A stretch of DNA of 54,972 nt, counting the filler, from Squatina squatina (lineage: Eukaryota): the NCBI GenBank assembly GCA_031763465.1. It is 3 parts of 3 records of this genome, joined end to end, with 100 filler letters (N's around TTAATTAATTAA, not from the genome) between each part and the next. Parts side by side here need not be neighbours in the genome. Positions count along the whole stretch, not along the records: positions 1 to 16,179 come from JARFOE010000162.1; positions 16,280 to 31,672 come from JARFOE010000192.1; 1 more part is not named here. The stretch is one strand, 5' to 3'. The translations under genes and the position numbers were made by a program. The notes under the pieces were generated by a model. That model searched no databases and was not told the origin of the DNA. It was given only the letters and a program-made list of their open reading frames with translations. Of this stretch, positions 11,531 to 22,342 are shown in pieces; within the stretch, counting starts at the first letter, position 1, and each line of letters starts with the position of its first letter.

Positions 11531-12409
11531 GTGAGTTTNNNNNNNNNNNNNNNNNNNNNNNNNNNNNNNNNNNNNNNNNNNNNNNNNNNNNNNNNNNNNN
11601 NNNNNNNNNNNNNNNNNNNNNNNNNNNNNNNNNNNNNNTTTTTAAGACTCCAATCATTTATAAGAGGACACATGAAATCTGAATGTTAAAAAGAATAAAA
11701 TGGACCCCAAGAAAATTTGCTTGGAAACATCATTAAATCATTAATCAGCTGCCATTCAGGAACAAGAACAGGAACTTTTGGTGCTGTTTTAAAAATGCCC
11801 AGACACTTCATTCATTTAGATTCAGACCAAACCCCAAATGAGTTTGCAAAAACATGTTGCTGATTTCCAATCCAATCAGGACAAGAATCAATTGGTTTGA
11901 GTTGGACAAACCAGATCTGTAAAACAATTCCCAGCTGCCTAATGGATGCTCCAACATGCCTGAGTGTTTGTCACCTTATCAAGTTAAAAAGAACTAATTC
12001 AGAGACCTTTCATTGGCGGATTCTAGATTGCACATCAGAGCAGTTGTGGTGATGTCAGATTTTTTGCAAGGGCTAAAGAAGAAATAGAATTACAAAGATT
12101 TTTATTTTACAGAACAGGAACAGGCCATTCAGCCGACCAGGTCTATGCCTGTGTTTATGCTCCACACAAGTCTCCACCCATCTTAATTCATCTCACCCTA
12201 TCAGCATATCCTTTGATTCCTTTTTTTTTCTCATGTATTTATCTAGCTTTCCCTTAATTGAATCTATGCTACTCGCCTTCGCCACGAGGGTACAGAAATG
12301 GGGTGCAATTTTTCAGACAATCAAACAAGGAGGCTCTTTCCACCCAAGAAGACAATAATAAGCCATATCTGTTCAACAAAGATGAACCCCCACAGCTACA
12401 AACACTCAC

Positions 12410-12561
12410 CACGTATTTGGAGGATGCGTCCTGGACAACATTGGCATTAGTGACCTCAAAAATCAGCTTCTCTACGATGAGCTTCCCTCGGGCTTTCTTC
12501 CAGCTTTCCTGGAGCTGTTTAGTGAGCATGTTGCAGTGTTTCAGCTTACCCCAGAGCCTCT
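12410..12561 (-). CDS. SNX21: Sorting nexin 21, internal exon (start of PX domain)
   Basis: MLTKQLQESWKKARGKLIVEKLIFEVTNANVVQDASSKYV resembles SNX21 (LTRQLQDFWKKSRN...LLFEVTSANVVKDPPSKYV). Acceptor ttacAG and donor GTgagt on the minus strand. Convergent with ACOT8, as in mammals. Confidence 0.88.
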
Positions 12562-14050
12562 CTGTAAGACACAACAGGTGAATCGTATTGTGGCAGTCTC
12601 CACAAAGTCATTACAATAGATCAAAATGGAACAGCGCAATTAGTTATAGCTCNNNNNNNNNNNNNNNNNNNNNNNNNNNNNNNNNNNNNNNNNNNNNNNN
12701 NNNNNNNNNNNNNNNNNNNNNNNNNNNNNNNNNNNNNNNNNNNNNNNNNNNNACTCAACACAGTACCGGGGTGAAATTAAAATGGAAAACAGGCCACACT
12801 CCTTCCATAATGTAAGTATCACGAAGGATGGAAACTGTCCTGGACTTATAACTAAGACATGGTAAAACCAACGGCGACACCAACACAAGCTAAAAATCAT
12901 CTGCTAAAGTTCTTTAAGTGTGCTGACTGAAGGAGCTTTTGAAATTTCGGGTGCAGTTTGTTAATGCAGAAAGCTAGCTTTCCAATTCTTTCCTTCTAGA
13001 AGTACCAACCACCTCCACATTCTCCAGCTGTATAGGTGAAGATGTTTGCCTTTTGGCTTAGTCAGATTGAAGATCTGTCCTTGTGTTAATTTGGAAGTGG
13101 AAGAATAATTCCCAAATCTGCAGCTGCTGAATAAAGTTCAGGCATTACTTTAGTTGCAATTGTCCAAATTATTTGACCACCTATGTACACATTTGCCTGA
13201 AATTGCTTGCTATATTTGCATAGAGTATGAGCGATCCTATGCACATAGCAAGATTTTGACATATTTTTAAAACATATTGCAACCAGTGGAACCACAACAA
13301 GCTTATTTAAAAAAAAATCTATTGTGCCATTATAGTACAAACAAAGAATAATTAAAATGTTAATACAAAATGCCTTCCTATATCTGTGTCTCTGATCATA
13401 CTCAGTTATTTCTGTCATTCTGTCTACCTTTGTCTTTTTACTTCTCTCTCATACTCAAAGAGACACTTAGGCCAAGAAATTTGTTGGGGCCATGCATGTT
13501 TCAGTTACAAAATGTGTGCCTCAGCATTCAATATGGTGGTTGGTGGTGGTGGTGGTGGTGGTAGTTGGGGGTGTGGGTGGGGGGCGCCCACTCATGACAA
13601 ACCAGAGGTATGGCACCCACCATGTTGGATTGAACTTCTCTGTAGGCATTGAGAGCGCACACCAGACTTATTTAAGTCAATAAATAAAATATTCAAATTT
13701 GAGTCCAATACTTGTTGTAGGACCAATTCCTGATTATTTCGCTGCCTCAATGCCTGACTTACCATGTGATGAACTTGCCCAGCATTAACAGACTGGAAGG
13801 TACCTTCAGCAGTGCTATTTAAAGGGCTAAGCCACTACTTATAGGTTCGTTGATGGTTTGTCATTTAAGACTATTAGTCAACTTCTGGGCATATTTTGGC
13901 CTCTTTTGATTCTTCAAACTGAATTTTGACTGCAGCAATGAGGATTTTGCNNNNNNNNNNNNNNNNNNNNNNNNNNNNNNNNNNNNNNNNNNNNNNNNNN
14001 NNNNNNNNNNNNNNNNNNNNNNNNNNNNNNNNNNNNNNNNNNNNNNNNNN

Positions 14051-14621
14051 ATTTAGATCTGGAGAATGTTTTACCGGAGAGTGTGAAAGCACGTGTGAGG
14101 GGCAAAGTCATCACAATCTCTGGAAACAGGGCGCAGGTTACTGAAGAGAACTATGGGATGGTCAGATGCAACTATCATGGGTTTTCTAACAAATTTAGCC
14201 TCCCCGAAGGAACAGATCCAAAGACTCTGAAACTCACTACTCCCGATGGTAATACTCTAGTTGTAGAAGTCGCCTATCGCGGCCTTCCAGCTCCCAATTT
14301 GAAAGATACTTCTACCACAAAGGATTTCTCTATTGCCACTAATTCTCACACCACACCATCTTCACTCCCTATCCCCTCGACGTGGAAAAAAGCTCATGCA
14401 GAACCTGACTCACCAATGCTGAATCATCTGTCAACCAATGGCTTTGACGGGAAAGCCATCGCCGAAGGGGTACCCATCGTTTCAGGGATACCAACTGCCC
14501 ATGAGGTATCTACCAGCCCAACATTATCCGTGGCACCCAATCGCCGCTACTCATTTACTCATGGTGACCCATCCGACTCCCTGTACGAGGCCCAACCCAT
14601 CTCACTGTCAGCCAATTTCAC
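14051..14621 (+). CDS. Divergent sHSP paralog 5, subfamily B; both ends in gaps
   Basis: LDLENVLPESVKARVRGKVITISGNRAQVTEENYGMVRCNYHGFSNKFSLPEGTDPKTLKLTTPDGNTLVVEVAY domain, followed by an S/T/P-rich tail. Confidence 0.8.
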
Positions 14622-14721
14622 NNNNNNNNNNNNNNNNNNNNNNNNNNNNNNNNNNNNNNNNNNNNNNNNNNNNNNNNNNNNNNNNNNNNNNNNNNNNNNN
14701 NNNNNNNNNNNNNNNNNNNNN

Positions 14722-15039
14722 GTCCGGCTCATCTTCAACCTGAGAGGCACTGGCGGGATCAGCATAGTAGGAAGCTTCGATCGTGATGATTTTCTCGTCG
14801 ATAATTGTAGCCATCACGGTACTTAAATCCACATTGGCGGAGAGGGAGAGGTCGTTGGAAAAACCGCAATAATTGTACCTAATGAGGCCGAAATCTTCCT
14901 TCACCTTCTGCAGCTGCTCCCCAGACACGTTCAGCTTCCTACCCGTGATGAACACTTTCACCTTCTGTGGATCGGTACCAGCCAGGTTTAAGGACAGTGA
15001 AAACTTCGTGCTGCCCTCACCCGCCGTGGTGTTTGTCAT
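14722..15039 (-). CDS. Divergent sHSP paralog 6, subfamily B; inverted orientation; 3' end in gap
   Basis: KFSLSLNLAGTDPQKVKVFITGRKLNVSGEQLQKVKEDFGLIRYNYCGFSNDLSLSANVDLSTVMATIIDEKIITIEASY domain, starting about 11 aa after the Met. Confidence 0.78.
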
Positions 15040-16223
15040 ATCTGGCCCAGTGTAAGGTGCGCCACCGTCCTTTGAGGTTTCATGATGGCCAATAATTCAA
15101 AGGTTCATAACAGGACATCAAATCAGCGTATTTCTTACGCCACTGATTTGTAATCATGAGATCACACACGCTTGTATACTTCTGTGATGAAAACTGAAAC
15201 ATAAATTTAACTTTTAACTTGCAGAAGTGGCTGAAATTGGGCAAAAACCATGCTGCAGTGGAGAATACATTAGTCCCAAAAGATCAAGGAGAATACATTA
15301 GTGCATATTCACTTTATTTTTGGAGGCCCGAGAGTATATCCATGTTTTGACAGCATGTAACTGAGGGTATCTTGAATACAGCCACTTTCTAATTTTGAAA
15401 ACTAAAGTTTGAATGAGGGTTAAGTGTTTTCCACTTTGGTAAAAAATCTTGAATGGAAGTCAGGAAAAGTCCGATTCATGCCTGGAGCTGATTGCCTCCA
15501 TCATACTTCCTGGGGACAGCCTCGTTTAAATAATCAAAGTGATCTACAGGCATCGTGAATGCCAAATACTGGGAACTAGCCCACTGAAGTTAAAGACCTG
15601 CAGCAGCTTAAAAGGGCAAACATCCATCATCTGGGGAGCAGAGCGTGAAAATCTCCTTATAAGTAATATCTGAGCGTAGAGTCCCCAGGTGCCGCTGTGG
15701 AAGTGTTGCTGAATGAGTTCTAGCAGACGAGGGAGGCATCCAATGAACTGGGACAGTGGAATGAAGAGATAGGCAATCATTACCAACTCCATCATCAGAT
15801 ATATGGCCACTCTGTGTTGGATAAAGTTTGGCACCCTTATTTGGCCAAGCAAGAAAAATGAAGGTAGCCACATTAAGAATGCACAGTAGTAAGAATGCTT
15901 ACAATGACTTCCCTTCACAATGAGCTAAAGTACTTGAATTGTTTGCTATCAATGCCCAGGAGGTAGTCTGGTATCCGTCATCTCACCATGATTAGTAAAA
16001 GCACTTGTCAGAAAAGCCGTTATGGGCTGCATACTTACAGCATGTCAAAGGTAATTCTTACTGTTAAAATTCTTTTTCAAGACCAAGCAGCTCATAATTT
16101 GAGAGACAAGTGTGACAGGTGGCCGCTTATCCTTGATAGGGAAACTCTCCAACAATCCTGGGGAGGGAGGTCACAGAGGNNNNNNNNNNNNNNNNNNNNN
16201 NNNNNNNNNNNNNNNNNNNNNNN

Positions 16224-16235
16224 TTAATTAATTAA
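16224..16235. other. Artificial scaffold-joining linker
   Basis: TTAATTAATTAA (stops in all six frames) centred in a run of N. Confidence 0.95.
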
Positions 16236-16629
16236 NNNNNNNNNNNNNNNNNNNNNNNNNNNNNNNNNNNNNNNNNNNNTTCTTGTCAACAAATGGAATT
16301 GAGGGTGATTAAAAATGTACCAAGGGAATACTATGGCTAGGTGGACTAGATGGACCAGATGTTGTCTCCTGCATGAATCTGGTACTATGTTATTTGAAAA
16401 ATTGGAACTATATTGCAAGAAATTCACCAGCAACCAGCAGAAAAAAAACTATTGCAAAAAAAGTAATGTAGGGCATTGCAAACAAGTCAGCACAATCCAA
16501 CTTACAAAAACACAACCCGTCCCAGCTTTATGGATGGAAGTTCGAAAGCAAACAGCAAAATGAGGAGGAGGAACAAAGCACCGCATCACTGTATGTCTCA
16601 CCCGCAGGCAGCACCTCAGATACTTGCAC

Positions 16630-17160
16630 TATGCAGTCTTTAGAGGCAAGTTTTGTAGAGGGGTCTGCACTGGGTCATGCACTGGGGATGAGTTGGCTGC
16701 AGTAAGGCCGGGGGGAAAGGGTAGCTCGGGAGCCAGCTGCCCGGAGGGTGAGTTTGCGCATGAGTTCTCCTGCACAGGACTCTGATGAGGACCTCGATGG
16801 GAGGCATTCACAAGAAGAATAATGGGCATGCACACGGAGATCATAGGTGCGATGGCAAGGGTTCCTGAGAGCCTCTTGGCAATGTTAAGGAGCGTGGAGC
16901 AGTCTGCCTTCAACATTGCACAGAGCTCTGCGCACACCATGGAGCCCATCATTTCCACTCTGCAAAGGATGGTGGACTCCCAGAGAGACTGTGCGAATCC
17001 AGACCTCATGATGCATGTCATGGGCGATGTGGCAGCTTCCATTGCAGCACAGGTGGAAGCAATGCAACCTCTTGGTGCGGTAATTCAGACAATGGTTGGC
17101 AGCATGGAAGCTCAAACTGTTCTCATGCAGTCTCAGCTGGATTCCACGCAATGATTTGGT
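16630..17160 (+). mobile_element. Possible decayed second ORF of a PIF/Harbinger element (Met/Gln-rich helical ORF)
   Basis: ORF 16822-17154 (MGMHTEIIGAMARVPESLLAMLRSVEQS...) looks helical and lies about 2 kb from a Harbinger transposase remnant on the opposite strand. No diagnostic motif seen. Confidence 0.3.
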
Positions 17161-18179
17161 GCTGTCATGCAGTGAGTGAGTGTTGGCATCAAGTCTCAGA
17201 GGGCAGGGGTACGGTGGGCTGAAGAGGTTGAGGCACGAGGAGTAAACAGGAGCAAAAGGCGGGAGGCAGCAGGGGCACTGAGCTGAAGGAGGTTATCAGG
17301 GTAGAGCAGAGCATTTGCAAGATCTATTGCCAGCGAAGGCCAGTAAGGGCCAGTAAGGACCAGAGGACCCTCACAGCTGGTTGAAAGGGAAAGCTTTGAG
17401 TCCATCCCATCCTCCGGCCCACTTTTCAACAGACTCGGCCCCTACAGTAATATTCTCCCTTTAAAGTGGCCATCGCAGCCAAACTGCCTTACAGATCCCA
17501 CCCACCATTGCCCCAGCCTCAGTGTCGACAGAGGAGACCGAGCTTAACAATGTAGACATGGTTGGATATTGGAGAGGAACGGCTGAATTCCTTAGAAGGG
17601 TGTATTTAAATAGTGAACAAATACCCGTCATCATTTGCGCATGCACGTTTGTTAAAACCCCCACTCCCCCTCACTCCCCCTCTCCCTCCCACTCCCGGCC
17701 TGAGCACACAGAGCTAACGGGTAAAGTTTTAATCCCACGCTGGGGAGCTTATTTACAGTTAAAATCTTCAAAATTAATGCGTTGTTTCCGCTCACAATGT
17801 AATTGGTTGATCTTTACTCACACAGGAACCGATTTCTGCAGTCAGACATGTCACAAAAAAGGTAGGACAGCTACACCCGATTCCTGATGGCAAAAAGAAC
17901 TGCAGCCCTTCTTACACTATCACCCAGAACTCCCCGGGGTGGCAGGGCAATCGGTCAGCCTTGTTATGGCGCACCAGACTGTACCAGTACTGTCAGATCC
18001 TGGGAAGGGAGCGAGTTTGGGTGTCAAGGGGCGCACGTTCGGCGATATAATTTAGCAGGCACAACTAGGGACAGCTGTTTCTTCCTCTGTCTCTCTCTTT
18101 CACTCTCTCTCTCTCGCTCTCCCTTTGTGGATTACCCTGGGCTGTGGAGTGTGCAACAAAGGTGATTCAAGTTAAACAG

Positions 18180-18816
18180 AAAAGTTAAGGAAGCTCGGCT
18201 GGTTTCCTACAGGAAGGAGGAGGGTTCGAGGTGACCTTAATTGAGGTTTTCAAGGTCACGATGGGAGTTGATAAGAATTGAAGCAGCAAAATCGCTTGCT
18301 CCTCTGTGAAGGGTTCAAATAGCAGTGGACACAAGTGGAGTAAGAAGGGACAGCTCTTTCACCCAAAGGATAATGGAGTTGTAGAATAGGTTCCCAGGAA
18401 AGGACAATGACATGGACATTACAGGGAAACGTTTCTGGAGAGGGAAGGAATTAGGAGATATGGTTAGCAGGTGGGTTCATTGAATCTTACAGCACAGGAG
18501 GCCACTTGGCCCATCGTGTCGGCTCTTTGAATTAATCCCACTCCCCTGCTCTTTCCCCAAAGACCTGCAATTTTTTCCCCTTCAAGTATTTATCCAATTC
18601 TCTTTAGAAAGTTACTATTGAATCTGCTTCCGCCGCCCTTTCAGGAAATTCTCCTCATCTCCCCTCTGGTTCTTTTGCCAATCACCTTAAATCAGTGATA
18701 TTCTGCCACTGGAAATAGTTTGTCCATATTTATTCTATCAAACCACCCATCATTTGAAACACCTCTATTAAATCTCCCCTTAACCTTCTCTGCTCTAAGG
18801 AGAACAATCCCAGCTT
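18180..18816. mobile_element. Two CR1-type LINE 3' fragments in opposite orientation
   Basis: Plus-strand copy ~18190-18480 (ggttcgaggtgaccttaattgaggttttcaag). Minus-strand copy ~18485-18816 translates like the CR1 ORF2 C-terminus (also seen at 34281). Confidence 0.75.
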
Positions 18817-19037
18817 NNNNNNNNNNNNNNNNNNNNNNNNNNNNNNNNNNNNNNNNNNNNNNNNNNNNNNNNNNNNNNNNNNNNNNNNNNNNNNNNNNNN
18901 NNNNNNNNNNNNNNNNGTACATCCTGCCCTTTGCCCCTGCTATTCAAATAGAGGTGGCAAAGTATAAGAGCATCAGTGACAGCTCTCAACATGTCAATAA
19001 TCCACTTTAGGAAGCTGTGCCTATTATCACAAATGAG

Positions 19038-19445
19038 CTACCCATTTAGGGAATGAAAGCCTTTGCTTTGGAGGAATATATTTGGGACACACAATGCCAC
19101 ATGGGTGTAATCAATAATCCACACAACTCTGTGGAATCCAGAAGTTCTGAAAAAGTTTGCTGCCCTCTCACTTACCTGCCTCGGACCACTGTTGAAATTT
19201 ATAAACTGAACTGCCCTTGCAAAGGCAGCATTGATAGCTTCCCTTATACATAAATGCACAGCAAATTAGCTGATCTGGCAAAAGTCCCCTGGGCTTCTTT
19301 GGAATTAACCTGTAGTGTAAAAGTTGAGAGCTGTGGTCGCTTTCTCTGTCACAGCCAGAGCTATCCGTCTGGCTCAAATATTGAACAGAGTTCTTCCAGG
19401 GCTTCATTACTGAAACACAGCCTCCTGAGACACAGCTCATGAGAA
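19038..19445 (-). pseudogene. PIF/Harbinger (HARBI1-like) transposase remnant
   Basis: HLCIREAINAAFARAVQFINF...FFRTSGFHRVVWIIDYTHVALCVP..FLQSKGFHSLN corresponds to the Harbinger GFPxVxGxIDCTHV...NRKGFHSLN motif. Upstream frame is broken by stops. Confidence 0.85.
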
Positions 19446-20729
19446 AGATCTTGCTGACAGAAGGTGCCCTTATAATTGGTTCAATGCCACTGTGCTATGG
19501 ACAGTAAAAATCAGCCAACGTTCCACTGCCGACCCTTTCTGGAAACTCCACTTGAAGACAGGATCAGGATTTGATACCTTCAATCACTGCTCAGGCTTGT
19601 AAAAGAAGAGTAGGTCATAGTTGGGCAAGGTGCCAGAGGTGCTGTCGGCACCCATGAACCTAAACCCTGCAGAAGTAACTGATTCTGGGAGGAAAAAGGA
19701 AAAAAATGGAAATGGATTCAGGAGGCAACCTGACTCCTAAGCACACTGAGGCCAGGAGTTTTAAGAAGTAGTCTCACACTGTAGTCATACTAGGTGGAGT
19801 GCAACTTCAGTCTGGTACCAGGCCTTGTTCTAAAGGCTCCCAACCAACATTGAATACTCTGGAAACTTCTTAAACACTCCATGAAATTTTTTTCATGCAC
19901 GGAGGGAGATGCTACTCATGCCAACTTTCTCACAAACCATTAAAGATTAACTATCTGGGGAGCAAAGTTTACTGTGCAGTGCAGCCATTAGTATAACTTG
20001 CATCTGTTGGCTGCACATTGCACCACAAAGCTAATGCTATAACAGCACCTAAGTCTAAACTAACTAAATTCTTCAAATTAAGGGAAAATTCAGCAAGGCT
20101 CTGTTCCCATTGAGGTGCCTCGCTAGATTAACTACAGATTGGAGTTAAGGTTGTAACACTGAAACCTAATTCTCTAGTCTGCAGTCCCATCTAGCAAAGC
20201 TCCTCATCAGGAACCTCGCCTTGCTGAATTAACAGGACCTCCATACGATTAACGCAACTACTGTTGTGGCTAGCACTTTAACCCTCCCATATCCTGCTGA
20301 TTAAACTGGAACTGTATACAGTTGCACAACCAATGGGTTTAACTGGCTCCTTTAACCCTTGACCTGCTGAATGAACTGGAACTCCGAACGGTTAGTGAAA
20401 CAAATGCGACTGAGGCTTTTGGGGGTTTTGACTGGTACCAAAATGATATTGTCGGTTTTTACCATTTATTTTCTGTACCCACTTGTACTGTATAGTTCAA
20501 ATACCATAAAATCTAGATTATAATTCGCACTGGTGTATAACTCACTCGGCCTACTTCGAGGGTGCTATTTGTACACTGGATTTTCTGGTTGTTTGGCCAG
20601 GCAGCCCCTTGGTTTTTTTTTATGTTAGTNNNNNNNNNNNNNNNNNNNNNNNNNNNNNNNNNNNNNNNNNNNNNNNNNNNNNNNNNNNNNNNNNNNNNNN
20701 NNNNNNNNNNNNNNNNNNNNNNNNNNNNN

Positions 20730-20924
20730 AAGAAAGGGGAAGAGGGAGAGAAAGAAAGGGGAAGAGGGAGAGAGAGAAAGAAAGGGGAAGAGGGAGAGAG
20801 AGAAAGAAAGGGGAAGAGGGAGAGAGAAAAAGGAAGAGGGAGAGAGAGAAAGAAAGGGGAAGAGGGAGAGAGAAAAAGAAAGGGGAAGAGGGAGAGAGAG
20901 AAAGAAAAGGGGAAGAGGGAGAGG
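20730..20924 (+). repeat. Pure polypurine (A/G) tandem repeat, ~22-26 bp units
   Basis: Repeated aagaaaggggaagagggagagag with no pyrimidines on the + strand. Confidence 0.95.
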
Positions 20925-20995
20925 GCGCGCTGATGTCTCCCACGGGTTGTTTTGAAGTCGCTCTGTCCCCCGGGCCCGGGTTGCGCTGACTTTAC

Positions 20996-21068
20996 CTGAC
21001 CACAGGTAGAGGAGGAGAATTGCGGCGCCCGCCGCTCTGGTGTCCATGCCGCCGCTCACTGTATCCAT
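20996..21068 (-). CDS. First coding exon of an unidentified gene, signal-peptide-like
   Basis: MDTVSGGMDTRAAGAAILLLYLWS(G) ends at CAG|GTAAAG (phase 1), in a CpG-rich island directly downstream of promoter motifs. Confidence 0.6.
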
Positions 21069-21121
21069 TGCTCAGGTTGTAACTCCGCTCCCCAGCCTAC
21101 CTGCCCAGCCCACAGCACCGT

Positions 21122-21345
21122 CACTTCCGGACCGTTACCCCGGGCAACCGCTCCCTGAAAACAGACAACACTGTTTTCAACTTTAAATCCTAATTGACTT
21201 CTCCTTCCCCCGTGTTACCCGGAGACTGTCACCAACCCAGAGATTTTGTAATAAACTAAAGGAATTACTGTAGATCTTACCATCGTTATTCTGCAGTCGG
21301 CACCGCGTCCCAATGAAGATCATGAGCACCAGAAACGCCAATCCA
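21122..21345 (-). promoter_or_regulatory. CpG-island promoter with ETS site, RFX X-boxes and CCAAT boxes
   Basis: CACTTCCGG at 21122-21130 (ETS/GABP). GTTACCCCGGGCAAC at 21134-21148 (X-box). GTTACCCGGAGAC at 21214-21226 (X-box-like). CCAAT near 21311 and 21338. Confidence 0.65.
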
Positions 21346-21814
21346 CCCACCACACACGCAGTTGGCCAAAAGTAAAGCGACTTGTCGACACTATCTGCAA
21401 GAGTAATAAGNNNNNNNNNNNNNNNNNNNNNNNNNNNNNNNNNNNNNNNNNNNNNNNNNNNNNNNNNNNNNNNNNNNNNNNNNNNNNNNNNNNNNNNNNN
21501 NNNNNNNNNNGAGCAAGATGTTTAACGTAAAGAATAACGGAAGGATATGATAATTGGACATGATGCTAAAAGGACTTGGTACTGGACTTGACTCAGTCCC
21601 ATTCTGACGCTGGTACAACATTCCAGCAAGACCCAATCCAGCTCCAGGCTGCAATTCTGGAAACATACATCAAGTTAGTGAGTGTCAGAAAAAAACTGCT
21701 GTGCATTTCCAACATTTTCTGGGTTTTTTCTCCTCAGATATCCAACACTCTACTCTCTCTGACCCATCCCAATCCTTTACCTCCCCCACAGTTGACAGTA
21801 AGCTTTGGGGGTTA

Positions 21815-21994
<180 letters not shown>

Positions 21995-22342
21995 TTAACA
22001 GGTACTAAACACTTGCATTGACAGAGCACCTTATTACACTTCCCTAGAGGCACCCCGCTAAAGCATTTGAAAGTTACTCTGAGGTTCAGTCATGCATCAA
22101 ACGCTGCAGCCAGCTTGCACAGGCAAGATCCCAGGAGCAGCGCTAAGATGCACGACCTATTTTTGGTGGTGCTAGAAGAAGGAGAATGCTAGTCAGTACA
22201 CTGGGGGAACTCTTACTGTGCGATCTTCAGCATCTGTATGGANNNNNNNNNNNNNNNNNNNNNNNNNNNNNNNNNNNNNNNNNNNNNNNNNNNNNNNNNN
22301 NNNNNNNNNNNNNNNNNNNNNNNNNNNNNNNNNNNNNNNNNN

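Noticed and set aside
3851-15039. Naming the sHSP-like ORFs as ODF1, HSPB9 or HSP30
   Set aside because: No CxP repeat tail of ODF1, and too divergent for orthology to be assigned without a tree; gene symbols left empty.
15544-15918. Minus-strand ORFs faintly resembling Harbinger transposase
   Set aside because: Similarity is too weak to call by eye; no intact IDCTH or KGFHS motif.
20562-20989. E/K/R/G-rich and L/S/F/P-rich ORFs
   Set aside because: Products of the polypurine repeat.
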